A stretch of 64,000 nucleotides of DNA from Hyphochytrium catenoides (taxonomy: Eukaryota; Protista; Hyphochytriomycota). Both the position numbers and the translations under genes were made by a program. The stretch is from NCBI GenBank assembly GCA_900088475.1, contig FLMG01002775.1, positions 1 to 64,000 on the forward strand. The letters run 5' to 3'. The notes under the pieces are model-generated. The model made no database searches. It was not told the origin of the DNA and saw only the letters and a list, made by a program, of their open reading frames with translations. Shown piece after piece: positions 12,215 to 25,612 of the stretch (its first letter is position 1; the number at the start of each line of letters is the position of its first letter).

Positions 12215-14175
12215 ATGAAAATGATGCTGTCCGAAGAAAACCACAAGCTGCTGAATGTTCGCAGCCCTGCTCCAAACGGCGATGAAGGCAAGTACAGGCA
12301 GTCATATCGAGACGGCGCCGCCCTGGACCCAGAAGATAAGACCCTTCAGTCCGGCTCAGCTGCGTACAGCTATCAAACGGTAGGAAGGATGCAGGGCACA
12401 AGAAATAGCCGTATCAGAGGCCGCCAACATAGTAATTCTGGCGAAGATTATGATATGCCTCGTTCTTCAAGTGCCTTTCCAAAACCTCTAATTGACCTTC
12501 TGACTGTCCTCCTGCCTCCCGCGTCTTCAATTGGCGGCTCCTTCCTTATACATCCATGGCTACTCCCTCTCCGTGCACCGGCAATTAGCTGCTCCCGACC
12601 AGTACTAAGCGGTAAGCGACAATATCGTAGCAAGCCGAGTAGTGCACGGCTTACCTCGTATATCCCCTCGTCCTTACTTGCGATAGGTCCAGGAGTAGAA
12701 TCAGTGTGAGAGATACTCTTTTGGCACTCGTTAATCTTTGCGCTACTGCCTTTGGCACAGGTATCAACACTTCACGCGTCTTTGCCAATACCTCACCTAT
12801 AAACTTAGTCACCTAACTCATCGCTATGTTAGGACTGCTCTCACTGCCATACTCTATGAAATTGGGGGGGTTGGTTGTGGGAGTCGTAGCATTGACCGGA
12901 CTCTGCGCTGTGTCAACATACACGACGGCGATTCTCAGCAAGGCCTGTCAACTCAGCCGGGAGAGTACGTATGACGGCTGTCTTGGCTACTACTTTGGCT
13001 CTGGAGCGCGCCTGATAGGGAAGGTTACCATAATGCTATGTCTATTCGTATTGGGTGAGCCTGAATACATACCCTTCTTCTGTATGCGTTGCCCCTGACA
13101 TCGCTACACCTTCAGCTATGACCTACTTGGTAGCACTTGTGGACCTCATGGATTCAGCCGTGTCGCGCTTCCTGGATGCAGAGAGGGAGAAGTATCGACC
13201 TATCCAGCTGGCAGCCTTGGTGGTCGTCACCTTTCCCTTAACGCTGGTGAAGCGTCTCTCAGCCCTGGGCTTCGTCTCTTGGGTGGCGGTCTTGAGCTGC
13301 TTTTTCATTGCCTTCTCTCTCGTAAGCACTTACATGAAGGCAGTATCGGAGAAGACTGCCTCCCAGAGTGTGATACTCTTTCATCTTTCATGGAAGGTCT
13401 TTTACATTTTGCCATTGCAAGCTCTGAACTACGCTTATCATTACATTTGGTGTGAGACTCTAAAGGAGGTTTCGATCAGTCAAGAGCGCGAGGCAAAGGA
13501 GGTAATGACCATTTGGAAGTGATTGACATTTCGGAAGGGGAAGCTGACTGCCTATCGCTTCTGCTGCGATTGATGTTCTTTGTTGCTGCGTTTCCCTGCT
13601 CTGGACGCTGCCCTTCTCCTCGCCGAATATGCTGGGACTATGACATCATTCCTTGGTGCCATTGTTAGTTGGGGACTTATTCTCACTTGGCAATCTACAT
13701 CTGCTATGTGATCGCTGGAGTCTTTGGCTATTTAACATATGGCAGGAGCACGGAGGGAGATATCTTTGACAACCTGCCTCCAGACGATGAGATAGTCACG
13801 ATAGGCCGTTTAGCAGCGGGATGCATTCTGCTATTTTCCTATCCGATTTTAATTGTGCCACTGCGGGACCACCTCTTACGCTTGTCAAGCCTTGACAGGA
13901 GGTCGGAGCAGTGGGCGGCCGTGTCGGTCTCAGGAATGATCTCGATAGTCCTGTACGGTTGTTGTTACTTTCTCAAGGATCTGACCTTGGCTAATGCTGT
14001 CGCGGGAACGGTCGCCTCTTTCATAGTCTACGTCTTTCCGGGAGCACTTCTGCTTCGGATTTCTGGGCTGGAGCGCAAATCTCTCGTACCTGGCTGTCTT
14101 ATTATCCTTCTGGGCTTGGCAGTATCGGTAAGCGGAATCATCTACACTCTACGAGAGGACGACGGCCCCTTATAA
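12215..14175 (+). CDS. Amino acid transporter (AAAP/SLC38-like), copy 1
   Basis: TM1 motif VNLCATAFGTGLLSLPYSMKLGG, multiple hydrophobic helices, VFGYLTYG, FSYPILIVPLR. N-terminal exon boundaries less certain. Confidence 0.88.
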
Positions 14176-16098
14176 AAGCAAGAGAAGCAACTTCCTTTGG
14201 CAGATCGAAGCATCTTTCTTCGGCCATTCGGATAAGGTTAGCCGCTCAGTTATTTGAGGGAGCCACCGCTTCTTTTGAATAATTACTTTCAGTCACTACC
14301 ACTTCACACTAGATCGTAAGAGCTAAAGATCACGGTAGTTAGTAGGGACATCTCTTTCTCCCCCTTCCCCATCAGAAAACAACCAGAGAGGAGCAGTAGA
14401 GGTGACCGCCACTCCTAATGTCACTTGGTGCTTTACAATAAGTTGTCGACACAAGGGATACAGGTGCTTGAAATAGAAACGGCAGCAAGCATGGCTAAGG
14501 CTCCAGGAACAGTGCAGCGCCATGAAAGACACCCAGACAGCGGAAAAGAATTGAGGGCGCAGGCTCCATGCTGATAGTGGAAGCTCCTCTTTTCTTCCAT
14601 CGAATCGAATGGTGCCCATCGTCACCAAAGGGGCGTTCTTATTTGTAATAACATATCAAAAAAACAAAGAATTGCGCACCTAGGCTGATCAACGTGATCT
14701 TCAGCGATTTCTTCGCCCACCGGATCAGTGAGATTGGGAACTCAGTAACTCGTGCTGAGTTGGACGCTGGACAAATTGCAGGAAAGAAGGCATTTTGCAG
14801 CTGGGGCAATTCTTTGTTGTCCTTGATATGTCTAGAACACTTAGTCTGACAGAACTTCTATCTCGTCTATCATGCCTCAGCCGCTGGTGCTCTGCTGCCC
14901 TGATGGACTGACAGCAGCCACGGCACGGCGCAGCATCAACTGTTCTGCTGCCGCTCTCCCGCCATCTTTGAAGCTTCTTCGCTTACCCGGGAATGCCGCT
15001 GATTGGCTGATGCTGGTCAGTCAGCACCAATCGGAAGGCTTTAAAGTTGCTGTAGTGGTACAATAGAGAGGCGCCGTCTTCACGCTGTAGACCAACCAGC
15101 TCGAAATTCTTAATAGTAGCTACATATGTTGTGCAGGTCCGGCATTCTGTTCAGATTCTTTTGGATTCTGCACAGCAGATGCAAATTCTTTCTGTAAGGG
15201 GAATAGGGTAGGAAAGCATGGAAGGAATACTATTTGCTGTACAGGGACTGCCCTCCTTCGGCACATTAGCAGCACCAGTTCCGTATTACCACGCTTGGAA
15301 ATGGGCCGTTCCATGGTCGTAGAAGGTGTAGGATGAGGACCCTCCTCCTAAACTATTACTATCTGTACCCATCGATGTATGGGAAGTTTAGGCTGTCCAT
15401 CCGTACATTATGTCTGTAGAAGTATAGGGACGGGTAGTTCTACAGGGCGGACAGACCGGAAGGAAGTCTCATCATTCAAGCCTTTACCACCCCGCACTCC
15501 ACCTCCTATGTAAATACCTGCATTTTACCTTCCAACCCCCTCTTTCAGCCGCCACACATTCCCGAGGATATCCGTCATATCGCGAATATTTAGAGTATTA
15601 GCGATCCGAATTCCTGATGACGCCCTGTTTCAAGTAGAAATTTCTTGAAAAAACGTCTGTTCTTTTCGTAGTAGATCTTTGGCACTCTGTCTGCCTGCTC
15701 TATAACCTACAGTGACATAGGACCGTAGGTATTATTCTATGGCCTTCTTTGACGGGTCAAGGCCTCCGGCCCTCCCCCAGAAGCTGCTCACTAACGGACA
15801 GTCACTCTTCAATTTCCTTAGCGACAGACAAGCGGCAGCAGCTAACTGACGAGCACGTGGGCACAGCGCGCACCACGCGTGCCTTCTCTTGCCAGTTTCG
15901 GTCCTTGGGTGCAAGCGTCCGCGGTGCGGGTAGATAGCTCATCCTCGCAGTTTGTCGTTGAAAGACTCTTTACCTGTCTAGTTTGTTCGAGCGACAAGCT
16001 GGATCAGTAGGGTGGTTAGAGTCTGGTCTTTGTTTATAAGCACTTAATAGAGTTTCTCTGAGGAAATAACTATTTAGGACCAGATCTTCCTGGTCTGT

Positions 16099-17572
16099 AT
16101 GGAGCGAGTGATCGAGATCACCGACATAGTTAGGCAGGTCTCACACGAGCTTATTGGCATCGCCATTGGAATTGCAAAGCTAGACCAGAAAAATGGAGGT
16201 TAACTTGCTTACGACTGTCTCTTCAGTCGAAGATGGCAGAAAAGATCTAATCGATCTTGGCTTGGCCGTTGTGAACCTTTGCGCAACTGCATTTGGAGCA
16301 GGTACGACTCAAGGGCTGGCTACTAGTTCACGACCAGCATAATTGATAGCTAATCTTCTGCCTTCAGGCCTCTTATCTATTCCGTTCTCTATGAAGCTGT
16401 CAGGGCTCATACCAGGCCTGGTGCTCCTCACTGCTCTGTGTGCCCTATCAGCATATACAACCTACATACTCAGCAGAGCATGCAGAATTAGCGGTCAGAC
16501 CTCATATGACAGTTGTCTCGGATACTTTTTTGGGGCTCGCATGCAAGTGCTCGGCAAGCTGACAATCATGCTTTGTCTCCTCATTATTGGTAGGTTAGNN
16601 NNNNNNNNNNNNNNNNTTGCATCAGCCGTGAGCTACCTGGTCGCGTTAGTTGACCTCATCGACGCTGTCATTTCTCGCTTTCAAGAGTACGATCAAGAAG
16701 GATTCAGGCCCATTCAACTGGCACTCATCATCCTTGTCACCTTTCCTCTCACGCTGGTAAAGCGTCTTTCTGCTCTGGGCTTCGTGTCATGGGTGGCTGT
16801 CGTCAGTTGCTTCTTCATTGCTTTTTCCCTCTTGGGAATATATGCCAAGGCCTCATCAGAAGATACGATTGTACCAGGGGCGAAACTCTTTGACTTTTCT
16901 GGCAATATCTTCTACGTGCTACCCTTACAAGCGTTCAACTTCGCCTACCACTACATATGGTACGAAACAGTCAATGAGGTCTCCAACCGCACTGAAAGAA
17001 ATATTAAAAAGGTAGACGATCTCTGCTTTCAAATGTCAGTCCTTCATTTAGGCCACTAATCGCTCTCCTTCCTCGTCCAGCTTGGTGGATACTCCCAGGG
17101 CATTATTTTTGTCTGTTACGTCACGGCTGGCATCTTTGGCTACCTGACCTACGGTCCTGAGACTCAGGGAGACATTTTTGCCAACCAGGACCCTAAAAAC
17201 AACGTAGTCATTGTAGGCCGCATGGCCGCAATATTCACTCTGCTCTTTTCTTTCCCTCTACTGGTGGTACCTCTCCGTGACCACTGTATCAGCCTCGCAA
17301 GGCTGCGTCGCAACCTTCGGGGAATGCTGATGGTCTCTCTCGGTCTCTCTTCTGTGCTTTACCTGTGTGCAAACTTCTTACGGAACATAGCAATGGCGAA
17401 CGCGGTGGCGGGCACGATCACTTCTTTGGTCGTGTACATTTATCCTGGAGCTATGCTAACGCAGATGAATGACAAGCACTGGAAGTCGCGGTTAGAGGGC
17501 GGCCTCATCATCATTGTGGGAGTGGTCGTGTCTGCCAGTGGTATCGCCTTCGCGATTGATGGTCCGAAATGA
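16099..17572 (+). CDS. Amino acid transporter (AAAP/SLC38-like), tandem paralog copy 2
   Basis: ATG 16099 splices in frame to EDGRKDLIDLGLAVVNLCATAFGAGLLSIPFSMKLSG. Shares FPLTLVKRLSALGFVSWVAV and intron positions with copy 1; one intron contains an N gap. Confidence 0.88.
16599..16616. other. Assembly gap (18 N) within an intron
   Basis: Run of n characters, between a GT donor and an AG acceptor. Confidence 0.95.
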
Positions 17573-17859
17573 GATAGAGGAGGAAGGCTTAAGGGAAGAA
17601 GAGGAGTGCTGCCCTATATTAGGACGCGAAAGAGTCTAGAGAACGTGTTCCATTCTTGCACCGCTTCGTTTATTTATTGATAATCTTTGAATGTCGTTAT
17701 TTGTGGAGCCTGTTTACAAGGCAGAAAGTCCTCGTTGGCGTTTCGACTTGATCACTTCTCATCATAGCTATTTGTTCTCAGCCACCATTCTTTGCTACAT
17801 TCTCAGCCTGGCTTGAGAAAAATGGCTTGCAGTCTCTCCAAAGCGCTCAATTCTAGTTG

Positions 17860-20800
17860 TCAGTGATTGCCAACAAGGCCCGGTGCAGGCCTTCCGAACT
17901 CATATCTGCTAGCGCTTGGAGGATGCGATCGCCCCATACCGGGCGGAAATGACTGCTGCAGACTAGAATCTCCATGAGGCGTTGCCAACCCAGCTCTGAC
18001 TATCGCAGGGTCGTGGAAAGGCAAGGAGACTGAGTTAGAGGACGAAGGGATGGGAGGTGGACCATAGCCAGGTGGGGATGGCCACACAGCGGTCCGGGTA
18101 TTGGTTGGGTTAAGGCTGAGGGCATTATGACTGGGTTCCCGATAGAGCGCGTCTGCACTTATTCTAACATTAGGAAGCACCTGTCTGAGCCACGCAAGCT
18201 CATCTGGCACGTGATTTGTAGGCAGATGGGGCGAGGTTGAGGGTCCAGGAGTGAATAGGGCTGAGGAAGACGACGCGATCCTGTCAAAGCTATTGACGCC
18301 GACAGATGGCGAGGCTAGAGGGGAAGGGCTGGGGGCCAATGGGAGAGCAAGATTGTTCTGGTCATTCTGGGATATCAGAGGAGGTCTGACGCCATTTTGA
18401 CCCCGCGGTTGTATCATCGCGATCGCTGGGTCCATAAAGGCCAAGTCACTGCCATAACTTCGCTTGGGTAGACCGTTGCCTATACTTCTATTACTGCTAC
18501 TAACACTATGCGCCGCTTTTCTAGGGGAGAATCCAGGAGGTTCGCTGTCATCTTCCGCGTCAGCGTTTGCAAAGGCGAACCTTGAGGTTGAGGGCGGTGG
18601 CCTGCCGCTGGTGATTGGTACGCCTGGAAGCTCAGATCTGAGGAAATCTGCCAGCGTCTCTGTTGGCGGTTTTAGCTCTTCAACAGCGACGACCTCCGGG
18701 TCCAACCCACCACCATGTTCTCCAGAACCCCCTAAAGGACTGGGATTGTTCCAAGTTCCAAGATTGATGACTGGACCTGTTGGTCTGTCAAGGCCCAGCG
18801 CCTTAGAAGGTGATATCGCCCGTCCCTGTCCAGATGCCAAGGCCCATGGATCTAGTTTCTTCCCTCGTTCTGAAGGGCTAATTGCGCGCTTGGCCGTCGA
18901 GCTCGCTTCCCCAACGCTCCCTGCCGTGTGAGAGTATAATGACCCGCCATTGCTGTCAGGCAGTATGGTAGGCCCCAGATTTTGTCCTAGCCGTAATGCT
19001 GGTGAAGTTTCTGGGGTTGAGCCTGGAGTTGCTAAAATGCCCTTGCCAAAGAACCTGCTTTCTCCACTAATTCCGGTAGCCAGCCCTGGAGCAGCAGGTG
19101 CTTTGGGCTTATTGCTGCCGATGGCAGACATACGGCTATTGTTAGGCCCCGCTCGTTTCTCCTCCAATCTACTATCCGACCGCAACTCTCTTCCTGAATC
19201 GCTCGCCGCCCGTGAGAGCGAGGGGAATTCCTCAGGTTTTGCGAATGGCAAGAGTGCTGTTTGGGGCGCAGGTGAAGGACTGACGCCCCAAGGGTTCTTT
19301 GAAGGTGCTGGTGCCGGGAGTAAGGCAGGATATTCTGAGCCCATGGCGACATTCTCTGCATGCAACCTCGGCGGTGATGGAGAATCTCCTTTGCCCTGAG
19401 GGGTGGCCCCGAGATTCGGTGATGCAGAGATGTAAAGTGACCCAATGCCTTCTGACACATCCACAGCTAACGGTTTAGAATCCGACTCCAACATGGAGTC
19501 AGATATATGGCTCGGTGCTGGAGGCAAAACCGTTTTGCCAGCCGAGGGCAACGAGCTTCTATCATAGACTTGGGCAATCGCATGCTCCTTAAAACCTGTC
19601 ATTGCTTTGCCTAAACCAAGATGGCATCGGAGGCAAAAAGGACGTAACGGAGGAATGCAGAGATCAGGCACAGCGTGCAGATGGGCTTTGTAGGTAGGTA
19701 GGGAGAGCGTGCGCTTGTATGGAGCATCAAGTCGTAAAGTCCAACTTCGTACTAGATGTAACAACACTGGCCTAAAAAAAGCCCACCGGCACCAGCGATA
19801 GTTTAGAAAGAACGATAGGGCAAAAGGCGGCCCACATACCAGCCTGCATCTCCTCCTTAGTAAAACTGTCCTCATCCTCTCCTAGTTCATGCAGATAAAG
19901 ACACTCCGGATTATTGCAGGGTAGATGCCTCAAAAAGTAGTTGCAATACTTTGTTGTCCCGAAAGATGCACTGGGAAAAGGGACATGGAAGTCAGTATGA
20001 TAGGTGTTTCGCCCGTACGACATACTTCATTCAAAACGTGCTGGGTCTGTCTTCATATTCAACCTTTGCCTACTATTCTTTCGAACCTACCGCAATAGTC
20101 GTCCATCCAGCCAGAACCCGTCCACTGCTTGTATTGCCCGTGAGGCGTCCTCACGCTTCGCAAACGTAATGTATGCACTGGCGCTCCCATGCCCGCGTTC
20201 TCCCGCAACCTGCGTTCGGTTGATAACAACCTTCACTATTTTTCCATACTGGCCAAAGAAGTCATGTCGCCGTAAGACCTGAGGATAACATGTGGACCCA
20301 AAGCACTGAGACTTTTATGGATGGAACGGCGACGAACATGACAGCTTTCATACCTCCTCCTTGGCGAAAGAGGGCGGGAGGCCTATGACATAGACGAGGT
20401 TGCGTTGGATAACGCGGATATTGTTCAAGCTTTTCCTATCTATAGTGGCTGTGCTCTTATACGACTTCTTGTCAGCTTTCTCTTTCAGCTTCCTCTGTTT
20501 ACTACGCTTCACCAACCTAATGAGAAGAAAAAGAGACCTGTGAGTGCGAACCGGCAGAATCATGGAGACCTAAGCCTCAAACGACGGGACGACGTACTCA
20601 TCTCGGTCTAGCTTAGCTGCCACTACTGGTTGGTCAGCATAAGGTGTACGACAGGCTGGGCAGAGACCATTGGTGTTCTCCTTGATGTGATGCCAGCACC
20701 ATAGGCAGACCTGATAGATGCATGTTTGCGATAAACAACTGTCCATTTAGTCGCAACAGACTATCTAGACCCATACTTAGTCCTCACCTGGTATCCGCAC

Positions 20801-20883
20801 TGACAAGGGATAAAATTTCTGTCAGTGATGTCCAATGGTTCCATACAGAGTGGACACAGATCGTCATCGTCCAGTTCCGACAT
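17860..20883 (-). CDS. CNOT4: CCR4-NOT subunit NOT4 (C4C4 RING - RRM - CCCH - disordered tail)
   Basis: MSELDDDDLCPLCMEPLDITDRNFIPCQCGYQVCLWCWHHI...CPACRTPY; NIRVIQRNLVYVIGL; ASFGTTKYCNYFLR...CNNPECLYLHE. A donor near 21050 suggests a 5'UTR intron. Confidence 0.95.
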
Positions 20884-21997
20884 CCTGACAGCCAGCCTAG
20901 CCGCTTACCAGTCTGCAGAGCAGGGATATGAATGAATGAGCGTCGATAACGTGATACCTCATGTCATAGACCCCTCCCATGGCCATGGCAAGAAAATTCT
21001 ACAGCGTCGCTCCCTGTCACCATCTTGCAGCTTTGAAGTCACAAGTACTTACCTCTTTCAATCGACAAGCGTGAAGATTCTTTCCATACACTGCCCTATT
21101 CAGTAGGTTATGGCTAGCGCGAGTATGCCCTGGAGCTTTAGGAGCAGCTTAGGGATAGAGTGGGGACCAGCGCCAAAGATGGGGCCACAACCCATACCCT
21201 TCCAACAAGAACCCAGAGCACCCAAGAGATCTCTCCACCGTTCTGTCTATCTACGTATAGCAGGCTTATCAACGACGCGGGTCAAGGCCCGCAATAAATA
21301 CACTGGCTTGATAAGCACTCCACGCGCTAGTGGAAACAACGAGACATCTTTCTGTGGGTCAAAGGAAAACTCAATGACAGTGGAGACTTAGCAGAGACTG
21401 AGGTGAAGCTTGGCAGGGCAATAACACACAATAATCCCCTGGCCGCGCTCCAACATCGCCGCAACATGCAAGAAAAAGCGGAGACCCGCGGACCTCCATC
21501 CTAAACATCACTATGTATATTATGGAAAATGGGGATGTCAGACTCCGCTATTCGGCTAGCTTAGCTGCGGAAACTGATAGAAGGTATTCAGAACTAATCT
21601 ATGCCAGATCCGTGATCGGAGAGCGCTAATAAATGGCGAATTCCGGGCAGCTTTTGCCTGTGATTTCCCTCATCTTTTGTCCCGTCGACTATGAGAGACC
21701 TTCCTCAGCGCTATGTTGACAAGTGCGAATCCAATCAGTGGGCTGGAGGCTGAGCCATCATTTTCTTCATCCTGACAACCTTCCGCGGCCCAAGCTGAAG
21801 CTCTTCAGCAGTCAGTCAGTCCTTGCAGGTCAAGGGCAGCAATATCTCCATATTAGACTCACTTCAGCGCTTCAACTTCTCAAACAGTAGCTGCCGCCTG
21901 TAGCTGCTGGGGGGCACCGCGGCGCTTGCTGAACTGGCGTTGTATTTCTACTCGTTTAACGGCAGGCTGAGCTCTTGACCAGTCTAAGGTTCTCGCC

Positions 21998-24083
21998 ATG
22001 TTAGCACGCGCAATCTCAAGGTCCGCTAAGAGGCAGGCTGGCCTAGCGCCAGCCATTGCAGGCAGTAAAAGGACAGTATATACGGAGAAGCAGCTTCGCG
22101 AAGATCTGTCTGATGAATGGACGGGCAAGAATGCTAAGCCTCCTCTCCAAGGCGCAATCCCAGTAAGAAACCCATATTGCGTATATGATGGTACCTGCTA
22201 GATACTGATAAGCATCTGGATTAGGATCACAATGGTGATATTCTCTACGAAGATGGGAAATATGTCCGCGGGCTAGTGTTAAATAGACCATCGGTAAGGC
22301 ACTTTGCGGCTTTGTGTATATGACGCGGTGTAACCTAGTGGCTTCCTTGTGTAGAGCCTGAACGCTCTGACTCTTGACATGGTGCGAACCATCACAAAGA
22401 AGCTACGAATACTGGAGAAGAATCCTCAAACTAGAGCAATCTATCTTGCTGGGACGGGCACCAAGGCATTTTGTGCAGGAGGAGATGTTGTATGGCTATA
22501 TAATAATGGCCGAGATCCAGCGAAGAAGGAAGTGGTACGAGTAGGCCTCTAAGTGGTTACGCTGAATGGGCTTTGACATGCTGCCAATCCGCTGGGATTG
22601 CCGCTTGCGTAGGCGCTTCAATTCTTTCGCGAAGAGTATCAGCTGAACTATCTCCTGGCAACTGCGAAGACTCCGGTGGGGTTACTGTTGAAGGTTTCCA
22701 CAATCGTCGCAAGTCCTAACTCCTTCTTGTGGCTGTCGCCGTGTAGATTATTGCCTTCATGAAGGGGATCACGATGGGGGGCGGTGTTGGGCTCTCAGTC
22801 CACTGCCGCTACCGTCTCGCCTCGGATGAGACGGTGTTTGCTATGCCAGAGACCCAGATAGGGCTCATCCCTGACATTGGTGCTTCCTACTTCCTGCCAA
22901 GGCTAGGAAACTACAAAAACCAAGGAGTAAGTACGGTCCTGACGCCTGAAATATATTGATGGTCATCGTAAATCACTGGCTTCCAATCAGCGAGGGACTT
23001 TCCTCGGCCTGACAGGGCACCGAGTCAAAGGTGAAGATCTCGTTGGATGGGGTCTGGCGACGCATTTCACAGAGTTTGTTAACGAAACAGACTTCTTGCG
23101 TCAGAGCTTCGAACACTTGGTCATTCAGCCTGAATGGGTACGACATGGAGTAGTAATCTCTTCTGCGTCTCATGGACATCGACCTAAACCTCTGTGCCGT
23201 TTGTAGGACGAAATAGACACGGACGACGCTATAGCGCACGTTATAAACGGCGTATCGATTGGAACTAGTGTAGGTCATACCGATGATCTGGATCCTAAGT
23301 TCCTACCAAAATACAAAGGTATGCGGCCCTACGGTGGGCTTATTTGATGGTCTTGCCAGGGGCTTACACTTTCGTCTCCTCAAAGAGCTGTTCAATCAGT
23401 TAGAAGCTATCTTTGGACCGCAAGCGAACAAGGCAGACGATACCGTGGAGGGCATCATGGAAAGATTAAAAGCATCTGACGCTCCTTTTGCCAAGTCGGC
23501 GCTTCAGAATATGGCAAGAGCATCCCCATTGTCCTTAAAGGTATGTGGTACGATGGAAAGCCTTTGTTTGGTCTTCATTGTCCTGACTCGTCGCTCCTCC
23601 CAACAGTTGACCCTGAAGCAGCTTAGAGAAGGAGCTACGCTAAGTTTATTAGACTGCTTTAAGATGGAGTTCAGGATAGTCTCGGTGCGCCGCTTCTCAT
23701 CCGTTATTTGCACGCGAAGTCATCTAACAGCGTGATTGTTTGACAGAGAATTTTTGAGAACAAAGACTTTTTCGAGGGAGTTCGTGCGCAGCTTGTTGAT
23801 AAGGTACATCTCCTAACGACCTTATGGCATTCAGTCCCTTATAACTTTCTTGTACTAGGACAAGAGCCCGAAATGGTCACCTTCTAAGCTATCTGACGTC
23901 AGCGACGAGATGGTTAATGAGTTCTTCAAGCCCCTGCCCGAGGATAAGGAACTTCAGATAGCACCACATAGTCCTATCTCGCCTAAGGATTGGCAACAGC
24001 TGGACAGGCAAGAGACGCTTGTACCTCCAAAGAATCCCTCACACGCTACCTACGACCCCGCCCTAGATCCAAAACTATACTAG
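21998..24083 (+). CDS. HIBCH: 3-hydroxyisobutyryl-CoA hydrolase, mitochondrial
   Basis: Arg-rich presequence [12 protein letters not shown]; [84 protein letters not shown]; stop 24081-24083. Confidence 0.95.
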
Positions 24084-24258
24084 AAATACATCGGAAGTAC
24101 TCCGCCAGCAAGTGTTGGGTCCCAAAATACGAGTTCGTGGCTGCATGAAGTTGTCCCCTGTCAGCCTGGAATCTCCACTTGCTTTAGGTGTGGAAGTTCC
24201 CACACAATAAATAATAGATAGTCCAATCAGACAATCCCGCAAAGTCCAAAGGTTAGGG

Positions 24259-25122
24259 CTAGCGGCAAGGGCTCTTGGGATATCGAACTAACGTCGGATG
24301 GATAACCCACTTGCAGACCGTGTCGACAAGGTCATCGAGGTGCTCTGCCTTCTCTTGACTTTTGATTTTTCTGGCTTCAAGTCTCGACCGATCCTCACTA
24401 CCGCTCTCTTTGTCTAAGAAAGCGCTGCCTACATCTAGAAAGCACGGATATGCATATCCGTCTGTCTCAAAGGAAGCTGGCCCTTCATCCGCTGTTTGGC
24501 TCCCTGTGCCACCATGGTGATGCTCGTTCGTGGGCCTGAGGAAATCAAAGAAGGGCAGTACCATAAACGTTCCGGAAGTACACAAAGAGTTCTTGCGAAG
24601 AAGACACTACCCACCGCAACGCAAGCCTGGTCTGCTGAAGATGAGGTCCATGCAAGAAGTAGCTCGTCTCACTACTGCTGAGGAGGAGTTCACTCAAATT
24701 AGACCCCCAAACGCCTGTGCTGCGCTCAGAGTGACTGTCATTTGGACTGATACGACCAAAAGCTGCTAGCAAAGCGGCTCTTGCCAGGAATCGTTTCGAT
24801 CGTATGTCGTGTTGATTGTGATGGTGCAAGTCCTTCTGATGATAATTTATCACGCCATCGACAGTGATCGATGTGGCACCGACATCTGATTCTTCTTCGC
24901 TGCATGCACCCCTCGGACACTTTCTAGGGTGATATTCCTCCTCAAGATTATTGGTGCACGATGATGCTGCAGATGATGACGGTAGCACACTTGTCTGACT
25001 CTCATTCCCATTATTTTTCCTTTTCCTTTCGTGGTGGCGCGCACAAGCCTTTGTAGGTGCATAGTGTACTTGGTCTAGAAAAGACTGAGGGAGCACCATC
25101 CTGTCTAGCACTTGGCGACTTT
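24259..25122 (-). CDS. Hypothetical low-complexity protein, at least 2 exons, 5' end unresolved
   Basis: ORFs 24545-25111 and 24259-24585 are joined in frame by a GT-AG intron 24614-24536 (…RLALR|PTNEHHH…) with a pyrimidine-rich acceptor. No family recognised. Confidence 0.5.
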
Positions 25123-25612
25123 CTGAATGAGACCATGAGAACCCGCCTCTGGCACCTATAGAAATAGAACTAACAGGTTGAACGAACTGTTTGGCGCCAA
25201 AAATAGACTCTGTATGTTGGTTCGCGCCTCTACTACTTTAGGACTACTTTGCTCAAAGCGACTACTAACTGTGGCGTTACAAATCTTGATAATAGCGGAA
25301 TTATCGTCAGAAATAGACCGTAATAACAATAGAGGAGAAACGCAGATGTTGATCATTCATTATCCCCGTGACATTTCTCCGTCTTCCTGCAGAACGAAAA
25401 GGCAGTGGCTACGCGCTCCACTGGCTGTCACTTCATGGCTTCAGTAGACATTGGCCCCAGATGTGTCTGATGGATGATATGATAAGCTTATGTGTAGCAG
25501 ACGCTAAAATGAAATCAGTCGTTACTGATGATAAATACTAATGGCAGACGGGGTGCAGGCGATGACAGAATGTACGCGCTCCGGTGAGTGACGAAAGGGG
25601 TACGTCGATCGG

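Noticed and set aside
11327-12218. 196-aa ORF 11628-12218 and overlapping ORFs
   Set aside because: Non-ATG start, no recognisable family; probably upstream region of the transporter.
15578-15650. Two small inverted repeats (tcgc…gcga; tttcaag-N9-cttgaaa)
   Set aside because: Stems of 7 bp or less are expected by chance; no target-site duplication or transposase to indicate a MITE.
18464-19460. 150-aa ORFs overlapping the large NOT4 exon (two antisense, one in another frame)
   Set aside because: Shadow ORFs of a Pro/Ser/Gly-rich coding exon.
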